Shown here piece by piece: positions 19,797 to 29,039 of a stretch of 64,000 nt of DNA. The notes under the pieces were generated by a model. It was not told where the DNA came from, searched no databases, and saw only the letters and a program-made list of their open reading frames with translations. The stretch lies in assembly GCA_040753815.1 (NCBI GenBank), contig JBFMDU010000005.1:85350-149349 (forward strand), written 5' to 3'. How positions within the stretch are numbered: the stretch's first letter is position 1; each line of letters opens with the position of its first letter. The position numbers and the translations under genes were made by a program. Source of the DNA: Chloroflexota bacterium (lineage in GTDB: Bacteria; Chloroflexota; Dehalococcoidia; GIF9; JBFMDU01).

Positions 19797-20108
19797 AGCG
19801 CTTATATGCGTCATGGCGATAGTCATTTTTACACTGATGCGCCGCCGCTCATCAGCACCTTGGTAGAGAACTACACAGGGTTTATTCCAACCGGTCAGGA
19901 CCGGTGAGCCGATGCTCTCCACCTTAAACCACAGCACCAGCCAGCCTTTTCAGGGAAACTGTCATTTCTCCGGCACCGCCCGCGAACTGGCAGAAATCAC
20001 TGAACCATCCGCTGAGCTATCCGTTATTAGTGGTAGAATAATGTCAATAACGTTGACCGGAATCAGTATCGTCTGGTTCGCCTCACCATAGTCTGGGAGG
20101 ACAACATC

Positions 20109-23100
20109 ATGCGGAATATAAAAACCACCTGGGCCAGGCTGATAGCCAGTCTGGTTCTAGCCGCAATTGCCACAGCGCCTCTGCTCTTCACGGCGCCGAC
20201 GCAAGCGGTAACAATCATGATTTCACCGACCAGCGGCCCCGTCGGCACTACGGTGACGGTGACCGGTGCGGTCGATGGTAATGGGAACTCCTATGATGTG
20301 TTGTGGGATAATGTAGTTGTCCAAAACGGGACGGCTGCGGCGAGCAGTGTTATTGTATCTACCGCCATCACCGTGCCGGTGACAAATGGCGGCACGCACA
20401 CCGTCGCGCTGAGAGATGCCTTAACTCTAAACTCTGTTTCGACAACCTTCACTGTTACCCCGACCATCACAATAACACCGACCAGCGGCACCGTCGGCAC
20501 CACCATAACCATGAATGGTACCGGCTTTGATAACGGTGAGACCGGTATCTCGATTACCTATAATGCCAACACAATCAAGAGCAATATTTCTGCAGATACC
20601 ACAGGGAGCTGGTCAACTACCTTCAACATCCCGGACAGCCCTTCCGGTGCGACACACGTTGTCGGCGTATCACGTACTGCCACCGGAGCTACTGCTCCAA
20701 CCAGTCAGAACCTGACAGTCGTACCCAGTTTCACAGTAACCCCGACCAGCGGCACAATCAGCACCAGCATTACTGTCACTGGCAAGGGTTTCGCCGCCAG
20801 TGAAACCATAACTATAACAATCGACGATGAGAGCGCAAAGACTGGAATTGCCACAGACACCAACGGTAGCTGGCTGAGTACCTTTGCCTTCCCCGACAGC
20901 CCGGGCGGCGTACACAACATCGGCGTCTACGGCTCGACCACGAGCACCGGCACTGTGACTGATAAGACCTTCACCGTAAGTCCCGGCATCACGGTAACCC
21001 CCAGCACCGGCACGGTCGGCACCCAGGTTACGGTAACCGGCACCGGCTTCGGAGCCGGGGAGACCGGCATCGTTGTAACTTTCAATGCTATGTCTGTCAG
21101 CTCCGGTATTACCGCCTCAACCAAAGGCCGATGGACGACAACCTTCCAGGTGCCGTCTGGCGCCGGCGGTGCACACAGCATATCGGCCTACGGCAACACG
21201 ACGCCGGCCTCGGGATTAGCAACGGCGACCTTTGGCATAGTCGCCCGCATCACCGTTAACCCTGCCAGTGGAGTAGTCGGCGACACAGTGAATGTCACCG
21301 GCCAGAGCTTCGGCGCTAACGAGACTGGCATCAGCATCCTCTACGACGGCTCCCCGGTCGCCAGCAATCTCACCGCCAGCGCCACCGGCGACTGGACCGC
21401 TACCTTTACTATCCCTCCAAGCACCACCGGTAATCACCGCATCGGCGCCTCCGGCGCCTTCACCGCCGCCGCCTCAGTGCCCGAACAGGGATTCTCTGTC
21501 ACCCCCAAACTCTCCATCACCCCGGCTACCGGCGCCGTCGGCACCCAGATAACCATAACCGGCACCGGCTTCGCCGCCGCCAGACCAGTGACCATCTCTT
21601 ACGATAACCAGCCTGTTACCCCAACCTCCGGTACCGCCCAAAGCACCGCTCAGGGCAACATCACCGCCACCTTAAACGCCCCCAAGAGCAAGGGCGGCGT
21701 ACACAAAATCACAGTCAGTGACGGCACCAGCCAGCGCGACAGTGACTGGACCATGGAAAACACCCCACCTCCACTACCTGCCCTCTCCAAACCTTCCAAC
21801 GGCGAACTCATCGGCTGGTTCGGCGATGACCCTGTCACCTTCAAATGGTCCGAGGTCCAGGACCCCTCCGGTGTCTCCTATACCCTTCACGTCTCGACCG
21901 ATGCTTCCTTCTCTACCCTGGCTATTAAACAAGAAGGCCTCACCAAACCCGAATTTACCAGCGGCCCGCTCCCACTGGGCGCTTACCACTGGCGCGTCAA
22001 GGCTATCGACGGCGCCGATAATGCCTCCGACTGGACGCCGGTCATGTCCGTCCGCGTCGGCATCATGCCCTTGTGGGCCTTCATCGCTATCGCAGCCCTG
22101 GTCTTCGCTATTCTTGGCGCCGTTATTTTCCTCCTCGTCGGCCGGAAAGGCCGGAGCGTACCAAGAGCGAAGCGGGAAAAGTTACCGAAGGCAAAACCCA
22201 GGCGCATAAGCGAACCGGAGTTAGAGGCTGAACTGAGGCCTGTAGAGGAAGCGGAGGAGGTGAGTGAAGGAGAACCCGAACCAACGCCACCACCGCCGCC
22301 ACCACCCAGAGCGGTGCCTAAGACACCAGCCAAGGCTGTACCACCCCACACGACTGCGCCTCAGCCATCTCCTGCTCCATCACCTCAACCCGAGATAGAG
22401 CCCGACCAGGCTGAGACCGAAGAAATCGTAATCAAAGCGGTATCCGGACTCACCGATACCGATATCAGCCTTCTCGCCCAGCGTGAAGACCTGCGGCAGC
22501 GCGGGCTCACCCTGGCCAAACTCTATAGAATCTGTTCCCGTCTTGAGCGAGAGGGTAGACTCGTCCGCGACCGGAACGACCGCTATCAGCCATCGGGCAT
22601 ACCGGCCGGTGGTAAACCAACCCCACCAGAACCACCGCTGGCAAAAGCGCCGGTACCACCACACGAGGGGATTGTCGCCGAAGAGCCAACCAGGCCGCCG
22701 TCGAAGCCAAAGCCGGTGGCCCGGCCGGCGCCATCCGTGGAAAGTCCACCCGGACTGGTGAAGAAGGCGCCGCCGCCAGAAGAGCCATCACTGCCGCCAC
22801 CACAGGCTGACACGTTAGACCCGGAGACCGAACAACTGGTAGCCGACTCCGTAATCGGCATGAGCGATGCCGATATAACTCAGGTCGCCCAGTCCGAACT
22901 TATCCGCTCACGCGGACTAACCCTAGCCAGGGTCTACAAGATTGTCGGCCGGCTGGAGAAAGGCGGCCAACTGGTCCGTGACGATAATGGCCGCTATCAA
23001 AAGGCAGCAGGCAAAGCCATACCGAAACCACCAGCTAAAGAAGAGACCTTCCCAACCTGGGAGAAACCCGGTGCGGAGGAGAATGAAGCGATTGAAACGG

Positions 23101-23852
23101 TTGGCTTGGAAGACTACAGGCCGCTTGAGAAACCACCAACCGCTAAGGAAACCAAGCCACAGCTAAAACCAGCCGGCACAACTGAGGAAATTTTCGATGT
23201 CGTGATCGAGGCGATAGTTAACCAGACCGATGCCGACATACCACAGATCGCCCAGCAACCTGAACTCAGGTCACGCGGCCTGAACCTGGCCAAAATATAT
23301 CAGATAACCAGCCGGCTGGAGAAAGATGGCAGAATAATCCGTGACGACGCCGGTTATTACCGGCGGGCAACCGGTAAACCCGAGAAGACAGAACCCCCAA
23401 AACGCTTCACTACTATCGAATGGACAGGCAAACTGCCCTGGCAACAATGGTCGCAGTTCTACGCCCAGGTGCTATCAGCATACCTTACTGAAGACGTGCT
23501 GAGTATCGACGTCTACTTCAAAGTAGGTCCCGAAGCCAGTATATCCAGCGAAAAGCTTGAAGAAACCCGAGCGGCGCTCAGAGAACTCAAACTGAGCGAC
23601 GAAATGACAGCGGAACGCCGAGCAGACGCGCCAGCGCGGCTCTCAAGAGTCGAACGGTCAGGAAACCTGCCGTGGCAGAGCTGGGAGGCTTTCTTCGCCA
23701 AAGTGCTCTCGCGGTTCCTGTCCGAGACCACTCTCTCTATCTCTGTCAGCGTGAAGGCAGTCTCGAAGGCCGGCTTCAATCAGGCCCGGGTTGATGGGAC
23801 TACCGCCGCTCTAAAAGGCCTGGCCCTTACCCCTGACCTCAAGGTTTCTTAA
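20109..23852 (+). CDS. Single-pass membrane protein: 6 Ig-like + FN3-like ectodomain, TM, Pro-rich linkers, 3 wHTH-like repeats, 2 C-terminal alpha/beta repeats
   Basis: 1247 aa; signal peptide; repeats IT(V/I)xPxxGxVGTxxTVTGxGF; TM LWAFIAIAALVFAILGAVIFLLV; 3x RGLxLAxxYxIxxRLExxGxxxRD; 2x (W/R)xGxLPWQxWxxFxAxVLSxxL. Confidence 0.88.
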   Translation: MRNIKTTWARLIASLVLAAIATAPLLFTAPTQAVTIMISPTSGPVGTTVTVTGAVDGNGNSYDVLWDNVVVQNGTAAASSVIVSTAITVPVTNGGTHTVALRDALTLNSVSTTFTVTPTITITPTSGTVGTTITMNGTGFDNGETGISITYNANTIKSNISADTTGSWSTTFNIPDSPSGATHVVGVSRTATGATAPTSQNLTVVPSFTVTPTSGTISTSITVTGKGFAASETITITIDDESAKTGIATDTNGSWLSTFAFPDSPGGVHNIGVYGSTTSTGTVTDKTFTVSPGITVTPSTGTVGTQVTVTGTGFGAGETGIVVTFNAMSVSSGITASTKGRWTTTFQVPSGAGGAHSISAYGNTTPASGLATATFGIVARITVNPASGVVGDTVNVTGQSFGANETGISILYDGSPVASNLTASATGDWTATFTIPPSTTGNHRIGASGAFTAAASVPEQGFSVTPKLSITPATGAVGTQITITGTGFAAARPVTISYDNQPVTPTSGTAQSTAQGNITATLNAPKSKGGVHKITVSDGTSQRDSDWTMENTPPPLPALSKPSNGELIGWFGDDPVTFKWSEVQDPSGVSYTLHVSTDASFSTLAIKQEGLTKPEFTSGPLPLGAYHWRVKAIDGADNASDWTPVMSVRVGIMPLWAFIAIAALVFAILGAVIFLLVGRKGRSVPRAKREKLPKAKPRRISEPELEAELRPVEEAEEVSEGEPEPTPPPPPPPRAVPKTPAKAVPPHTTAPQPSPAPSPQPEIEPDQAETEEIVIKAVSGLTDTDISLLAQREDLRQRGLTLAKLYRICSRLEREGRLVRDRNDRYQPSGIPAGGKPTPPEPPLAKAPVPPHEGIVAEEPTRPPSKPKPVARPAPSVESPPGLVKKAPPPEEPSLPPPQADTLDPETEQLVADSVIGMSDADITQVAQSELIRSRGLTLARVYKIVGRLEKGGQLVRDDNGRYQKAAGKAIPKPPAKEETFPTWEKPGAEENEAIETVGLEDYRPLEKPPTAKETKPQLKPAGTTEEIFDVVIEAIVNQTDADIPQIAQQPELRSRGLNLAKIYQITSRLEKDGRIIRDDAGYYRRATGKPEKTEPPKRFTTIEWTGKLPWQQWSQFYAQVLSAYLTEDVLSIDVYFKVGPEASISSEKLEETRAALRELKLSDEMTAERRADAPARLSRVERSGNLPWQSWEAFFAKVLSRFLSETTLSISVSVKAVSKAGFNQARVDGTTAALKGLALTPDLKVS

Positions 23853-23904
23853 GAGACAGACCTAAGGGGCAGCGACCCTTCGAAACTCAACACCCCTTTT
23901 CCCC

Positions 23905-24456
23905 TCAGAGAGAGGTGGCCGGAGGTGTGGGCTCTTCTATGCAGCGTATGTCCGACAGGTAGCGATACTTCTCATCGTAGTCTAACCCATAACCCACGAC
24001 GAACTTATTGGGCACACGGAAGCCGCGGTAATCTACAACAACCGGCACTTTCCGCCTTAGTTCCTTATCCAGCAAAACACATAGCTTCAACGAGGCTGGC
24101 CGCCGCTGGCGGAGGTAATCGAGAAGATAGCTTACGGTGTAGCCGGAGTCAATGATATCCTCTACCACCAGCACGTGACGTCCTTTAATAGTGGTATGGA
24201 CACCCTTGGCCATCCGTACCTTACCGGCACTTTCAGTCTCACTGCCATAGCTGGAAAGCACCACAAATTCCACCTCCACCGGCATAGCTAGCTCCCGTAT
24301 CAGGTCAGCAATGAACATGAATGAGCCTTTGAGGATGCCGATAATCACCGGATTTTTACCCTGATAGTCGTGCCTTATCTCAGACGCCAGGCGACCGACG
24401 GCTTCAACAATCTGCTCGCGGGCGTACAGGACTACCGGCTCTTTTTCATCGGTCAT
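23905..24456 (-). CDS. hpt: Hypoxanthine phosphoribosyltransferase
   Basis: IGILKGSFMF, VLVVEDIIDSG, FVVGYGLDY. Confidence 0.96.
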   Translation of the reverse strand: MTDEKEPVVLYAREQIVEAVGRLASEIRHDYQGKNPVIIGILKGSFMFIADLIRELAMPVEVEFVVLSSYGSETESAGKVRMAKGVHTTIKGRHVLVVEDIIDSGYTVSYLLDYLRQRRPASLKLCVLLDKELRRKVPVVVDYRGFRVPNKFVVGYGLDYDEKYRYLSDIRCIEEPTPPATSL

Positions 24457-24480
24457 AGGCGATTACGGCCTCCGGCCGGC

Positions 24481-25464
24481 TTAGAGTTTACCAAATATCT
24501 CCGGATGCAGGAACTTCGCTGCCTGTTCCAGGGCCAGCACCAGCCTTGGCCCGGCCCGTTCTATGATGGCCGAATCCATCTCATAGACCTGACCCTTAAC
24601 CCTGGCTTCGATACCGCTAAGACGCGCTTCCGACATTATAGCGTTGTAAGTCTTCTTACGGTTGTCACCCATGCCGCTAACGATGATGACCTGGGGATTC
24701 CGGTCTATTATGGTTTCCAGAGAAATCGTACTATACCCGGACAAATCGGTGGCTACATTATCACCGCCCGCCTTCGCAATAAGGTCGTCGGCAAAAGTAT
24801 CACTCCCCGCTATTTTAATCGGGTCGGCCCAGTTTATGTAAAGGACCCTTGGATACTTCCCCGGGGGGAGACCGCCGGTCTTGGACACCACCGCCGCTAT
24901 GCGGGTTTTCAACTCCCCGGTCAACCTCTCTGCGGCAGATACCTGACCGGTTATTTTACCCGTCAGCGTAATGCTCTCCAGTACCGCGTCAACCGTCTTC
25001 GGGCTAAGCCCGAAGACTTTCAAGCCCACCCTTTCCAGCGCCGGTATTACCTCCTTTTGGTGAATCCTGGTTGCCAGAACCAGGTCGGGAGATAGGGAAA
25101 CAATCTTTTCGATATCGGCAGTAGAGAAGCCGCCTATTTTCGGTTTGCTCTTAGCTTCCTCGGGAAAGTCGCAGTACTGGGTTACCCCGACTAATCTATC
25201 TCCAATCCCGAGAGCAAACAGGATTTCGGTGTTGCTAGGCGCCAGTGAGACTAGTTTCTCTGGCATCATTTCCAACTTAACCTGGCGGCCGAGCATATCA
25301 GTCACCATCATCGGAAAACTACCCTGCGGCGGGATGTTTACTGAAGCAACAGGAGAAGCGGCTGGAGAGGCTGAAGGGTTTGCCGGACCCGGTGCGCATC
25401 CAGACAGCAACAACATTACCGCAACAACCAATGATAATGCGGCACCAAACAACTTTTTACTCAT
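24481..25464 (-). CDS. btuF: Cobalamin ABC transporter substrate-binding lipoprotein
   Basis: Lipobox LLSGC, VSLAPSNTEILFALG, VGVTQYCDFP; located in the B12 operon. Confidence 0.9.
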   Translation of the reverse strand: MSKKLFGAALSLVVAVMLLLSGCAPGPANPSASPAASPVASVNIPPQGSFPMMVTDMLGRQVKLEMMPEKLVSLAPSNTEILFALGIGDRLVGVTQYCDFPEEAKSKPKIGGFSTADIEKIVSLSPDLVLATRIHQKEVIPALERVGLKVFGLSPKTVDAVLESITLTGKITGQVSAAERLTGELKTRIAAVVSKTGGLPPGKYPRVLYINWADPIKIAGSDTFADDLIAKAGGDNVATDLSGYSTISLETIIDRNPQVIIVSGMGDNRKKTYNAIMSEARLSGIEARVKGQVYEMDSAIIERAGPRLVLALEQAAKFLHPEIFGKL

Positions 25465-26005
25465 CAGTTTTCCCCTTCAGTTTGAGCGGCATACTAGCAA
25501 CCATGAAATAGACCTCATCGGCCCGGCGTGCTACCGCCTGGTTGGCTTCGCCAAGAAGGTCACGATACAAACGACCCAGGGGATTATCCGGCACGAGACC
25601 AAGGCCAACTTCGTTAGAAACGATAACAAAAGTCGCATTAGTGCCGTCCAGGCACCTGAGCAACGAGCTAATCTCTCGCTGGACGCGGCGTCCGGCCTCT
25701 TCACCACTGCCGCCCCGGCCAACCAGATTCGAGACCAGCAGGGTAAGACAATCGATAATCACCACTCCGGCATCATCTGCATGTTCCGGAATACGGCGAC
25801 CGAGACCCTTTGTTAGCTCAAGCGTTCGCCATTCTGCCGGCCGTGCCTTACGGTGCGCCTCGATCCGCACCCGCATCTCATCATCCAGCGCCTGTGCCGT
25901 AGCCACGAAAAGCACATCACCGCCGTGACTTAACGCCAGCTTCTGAGCATAGTCGCTTTTACCACTCCGGGCACCGCCGATTATCAGAATGCACTTGTTC
26001 GCCAA
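25457..26005 (-). CDS. cobU: Adenosylcobinamide kinase / adenosylcobinamide-phosphate guanylyltransferase
   Basis: IIGGARSGKS, RIEAHRKARP, IDCLTLLVSN, VSNEVGLG; probable TTG start at 26005. Confidence 0.95.
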   Translation of the reverse strand: MANKCILIIGGARSGKSDYAQKLALSHGGDVLFVATAQALDDEMRVRIEAHRKARPAEWRTLELTKGLGRRIPEHADDAGVVIIDCLTLLVSNLVGRGGSGEEAGRRVQREISSLLRCLDGTNATFVIVSNEVGLGLVPDNPLGRLYRDLLGEANQAVARRADEVYFMVASMPLKLKGKTDE

Positions 26006-26015
26006 TTCATACTCC

Positions 26016-26681
26016 TCACTCGTATTCCAGCACCTCAAGGAACCATCGCCCGTCTCTGAGCACCCGCTCTGTCCTCTTGACTGTTACCGGCCTCCGGAAT
26101 AATGGGCCATCGATAACGAAGGTGTGGTACTCACCCGATTCGCCGCATGGATGAAATCCGGTACTTTCCTGAAGGCCCCTGAACTTATCAAGCACATCCC
26201 TAGTAATCTCCCTACCCAGCCACTCTTTACCCAGGATATCGGCTTTAGTCGCTACGATGATCGTCCTGAAGCCAGCACTGGTGAACCCGTTAAGAATCGC
26301 CCATGGAGGCCATTGCCACAGTGGCAACAGTAGTTCCATGCCAGCTTCAGCGCAGACCTTTTCCAGCCAGTCGCGGTGTTCTCGAAGCTCCAGGTCGCCC
26401 GCTACAACGCCGGTGATACCTTGTGAGACCCTCAATTCCTGGAAGGTTGCCTTGAAGGTCTTCTCATAAGCACCTCGGTCAGTCACCGGCTGTACCACAG
26501 GCAGTCCGATTGACTCTGCCTGATAGGCCAGAAGCGCCGCCGGCAGACCGTGGGAGCGCGACCATCCATCCTCACCGGCAAAATTGACTAGGCATGAGAC
26601 CTCAAGGCCGGCGCGCATCGCGCAATAGCCGGCATAGCAGCTATCCTTGCCACCGCTCCACAAACATGCGTACTTCGTCAT
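26016..26681 (-). CDS. Diphthine-ammonia ligase-like PP-loop ATPase (Dph6/DUF71 family)
   Basis: WSGGKDS, SHG, GDL, PCGESGEYHTFVIDGPLF. Confidence 0.9.
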   Translation of the reverse strand: MTKYACLWSGGKDSCYAGYCAMRAGLEVSCLVNFAGEDGWSRSHGLPAALLAYQAESIGLPVVQPVTDRGAYEKTFKATFQELRVSQGITGVVAGDLELREHRDWLEKVCAEAGMELLLPLWQWPPWAILNGFTSAGFRTIIVATKADILGKEWLGREITRDVLDKFRGLQESTGFHPCGESGEYHTFVIDGPLFRRPVTVKRTERVLRDGRWFLEVLEYE

Positions 26682-27413
26682 TTACAGCCACCTCATTAAA
26701 GCTATTACCAGTACCAGGATCAGAACTTCAGACACTTCGATAATCGCTCCATAGCTGTCGCCGGTAAGCCCCCCGAGTTTCGACTTCAACAGGGCGGCAA
26801 CACCATACGCGATAGCCCAAACGAGCAACATGATAGCGATGCCTGCCAACCAGAACGTCGCCAATGATGCCGCCAGGGCGATTACAGTAGCGATAAGGAA
26901 GTGATACCAGCGTACGCCCTGCTTATACGGTGTCCCCATGCCCGAAGCGCGGGCATAGGGAAAAACAAGAATAGCCCCAACCACTACCCAGCGGCTTAGC
27001 ACCGGCATCAACAGCACGGCGGCTCTGTCGCCGACAGAATAAAGAGCCGCGAACTTGAGAAGCAGGATGACACAGATACCGGTAGCCCCGAAGGCGCCAA
27101 TGCCGCTTCTTGTCATCAACTCAAGGCGCTCATCTGGCGTCTTGCCGCTCACAAGGCCGTCGCAGGTATCTGCCAGCCCGTCAAGATGGTGCCCGCCGTT
27201 GAGCACCGCCAGCACCAGAACTATAACCGCGGCAGTTACGCCCGGCGGGAAGAGATAGCTAAGGCCCCAGTCAAGCCCGAACAGAATGAACCCCAGCAGA
27301 AGCCCGACTACCGGAAAGCACGACAGTGAAGCGCCCAGTTTGCTTGCGTCTACCTCACCCGTCTTCGGCACCGGGATAATAGTCAGGAATTGTAATGCCA
27401 GCCAGAAAGACAT
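26682..27413 (-). CDS. cobS: Cobalamin 5'-phosphate synthase
   Basis: ALQFLTIIP, GHHLDGLADTCDG, GGLTGDSYGA. Confidence 0.95.
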   Translation of the reverse strand: MSFWLALQFLTIIPVPKTGEVDASKLGASLSCFPVVGLLLGFILFGLDWGLSYLFPPGVTAAVIVLVLAVLNGGHHLDGLADTCDGLVSGKTPDERLELMTRSGIGAFGATGICVILLLKFAALYSVGDRAAVLLMPVLSRWVVVGAILVFPYARASGMGTPYKQGVRWYHFLIATVIALAASLATFWLAGIAIMLLVWAIAYGVAALLKSKLGGLTGDSYGAIIEVSEVLILVLVIALMRWL

Positions 27414-28478
27414 CTATGATTTCTCGATATCAGAAACTCCGGCTTCCTTAAAGGTCGCCATCTCCGTCAGCGTCTTGACCGCCGCTTCAGCCAGAAACAT
27501 CGCCAGCACTCCGCCTGTCCCCTCACCCAACCTCATCCCGAGGTCAAGCAGAGGTGTAAGCCCGAGATGTTTCAGCATCAGTCCGTGACCGGTCTCAGCC
27601 GAAAGGTGCGCCGCAATCAGATACTCTCTCACTTGCGGACACAGACCAACCGCTGCCATCGCCGCCGCCCCGGAGACAAAGCCGTCAATGACCACGGGAA
27701 TCCGCCGCGCCGCGGCGCCAAGGATAACACCGACCAGCCCGCCAATCTCAAACCCGCCGACCTTAGCCAGCACATCCAGTGCGTCACGGCGGTCCGGCTT
27801 GTTGACTTTAAGCGCCTGCTCAATAACTTGAACCTTGTGGCGAAGCTGGGCATCATCGAGTCCGGCGCCCCTGCCAGCTACCATAGCCGCCGGCTCACCA
27901 CTGAACACGGCGCAAATGGCGGCGCTGGCGGTGGTATTGCCAATACCCATATCACCGGTGCCGACGATGTCCAGCCCCACAGCGGTTTCCCCTTCAAGAA
28001 TCTCGATGCCAGCCTCCACCGCATCCACGGCTTGCGTTCGTGTCATCGCCGGGCCATTGGCCATGTCCTTCGTCCCGAAGTCAATCATCTTACAGACCAG
28101 CCCCGGCGTCGGTGGAAAACCACCGACGACCCCCATGTCAACCACAGTGACTCTTACCCCGACGAGCTTGGCCAGGACGTTGATGCCGGCGCCGCCGCGG
28201 ACGAAGTTGAGCACCATCTCCCGTGTCACCGCCTGCGGATAAAGACTTACCCCTTCGGCGACGACACCGTGGTCGGCGGCCATAGTGACAATCACCTTCC
28301 GGCCCAGCTTCGGCAACGGATTACCGGTGATACCGGCAATCTGAATTGAAAGCTCCTCCAGTCTGCCAAGGGCGCCCCTTGGTTTAGTAAGCCATTGCTG
28401 ACGCTCCCGCGCTGCCGCCATCGCTGATCTATCCAGCGGCTTGATTAACTTGATAACACGCTCCAGAGAATCCGCCAT
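27414..28478 (-). CDS. cobT: Nicotinate-nucleotide-dimethylbenzimidazole phosphoribosyltransferase
   Basis: LTKPRGALGRLE, AADHGV, GDMGIGNTT, MRLGEGTG. Confidence 0.96.
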   Translation of the reverse strand: MADSLERVIKLIKPLDRSAMAAARERQQWLTKPRGALGRLEELSIQIAGITGNPLPKLGRKVIVTMAADHGVVAEGVSLYPQAVTREMVLNFVRGGAGINVLAKLVGVRVTVVDMGVVGGFPPTPGLVCKMIDFGTKDMANGPAMTRTQAVDAVEAGIEILEGETAVGLDIVGTGDMGIGNTTASAAICAVFSGEPAAMVAGRGAGLDDAQLRHKVQVIEQALKVNKPDRRDALDVLAKVGGFEIGGLVGVILGAAARRIPVVIDGFVSGAAAMAAVGLCPQVREYLIAAHLSAETGHGLMLKHLGLTPLLDLGMRLGEGTGGVLAMFLAEAAVKTLTEMATFKEAGVSDIEKS

Positions 28479-28502
28479 GTAGTTAGCCTTTCCTTTGTTG
28501 AT

Positions 28503-29039
28503 TTAAAACTCAATGCCGCGCCGGGCAGAAAGCCCTTGAGCAAACGGGTGCTTGATCGCCAGCATTTCCGTGACCAGGTCGGCCGCCTTGACCACCTCCG
28601 GTGGTGCGTTGCGGCCGGTCAGCACCAGTTCCACCTTCTCCGGTCTCTTCCTGATAAGTTCCATCACCTGCACCCCGTCAAGCAGGCCGTCCCTGACCGC
28701 CACCAGCACTTCATCGAGTATCACCACGTCATACTGCCCGCCAGTGAGGGCCTTTTCGGCAAAGGCGAAAGTTTCTGCCGCCTCCCGTTGCAACTGCTCC
28801 TTAGGAGTAGAGAAAACATCGCTCTGATGAAGTTGGACCAGCTCGAACGGATGATACTTCTCCACGAAGCGGTGCTCCCCGCAGTTCGGGTCGCCCTTCA
28901 TAAACTGAATAAAAATAACCTTCAGCCCCTGCCCCACGGCGCGCATCGCCAGACCCAGCGCCGCCGTTGTTTTCCCCTTACCGTCGCCGGTATATACCTG
29001 CATCAACCCTTTCGAAAGATTGCCGTTGTCAGACATCAT
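28503..29039 (-). CDS. cobO: Cob(I)alamin adenosyltransferase (CobA/CobO/BtuR)
   Basis: YTGDGKGKTTAALG, IQFMKG, VILDE, LVLTGR, RRGIEF. Confidence 0.95.
   Translation of the reverse strand: MMSDNGNLSKGLMQVYTGDGKGKTTAALGLAMRAVGQGLKVIFIQFMKGDPNCGEHRFVEKYHPFELVQLHQSDVFSTPKEQLQREAAETFAFAEKALTGGQYDVVILDEVLVAVRDGLLDGVQVMELIRKRPEKVELVLTGRNAPPEVVKAADLVTEMLAIKHPFAQGLSARRGIEF

Larger units (their letters stand above)
17733..19866 (+). pseudogene. Ig/IPT-TIG-like repeat surface protein with C-terminal TM anchor, frameshifted by a 73-bp insertion
   Basis: ORFs 17733-18482 and 18328-19866 join into one 686-aa frame (2134-73=2061 nt) if 73 bp are removed. The joined protein is colinear with the paralog at 20109: signal peptide, 6 Ig-like repeats, FN3-like domain, TM. 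Confidence 0.85.

Noticed and set aside
19950-20030. c-di-GMP-II riboswitch upstream of the Ig-repeat gene
   Set aside because: GGAAAC, GGCAC and an ATTTCT/AGAAAT stem are present, but the complementary GTGC pseudoknot partner is missing
26016-26681. Diphthamide biosynthesis
   Set aside because: Bacterial context with no dph1/2/5; the pathway targets archaeal/eukaryotic EF-2
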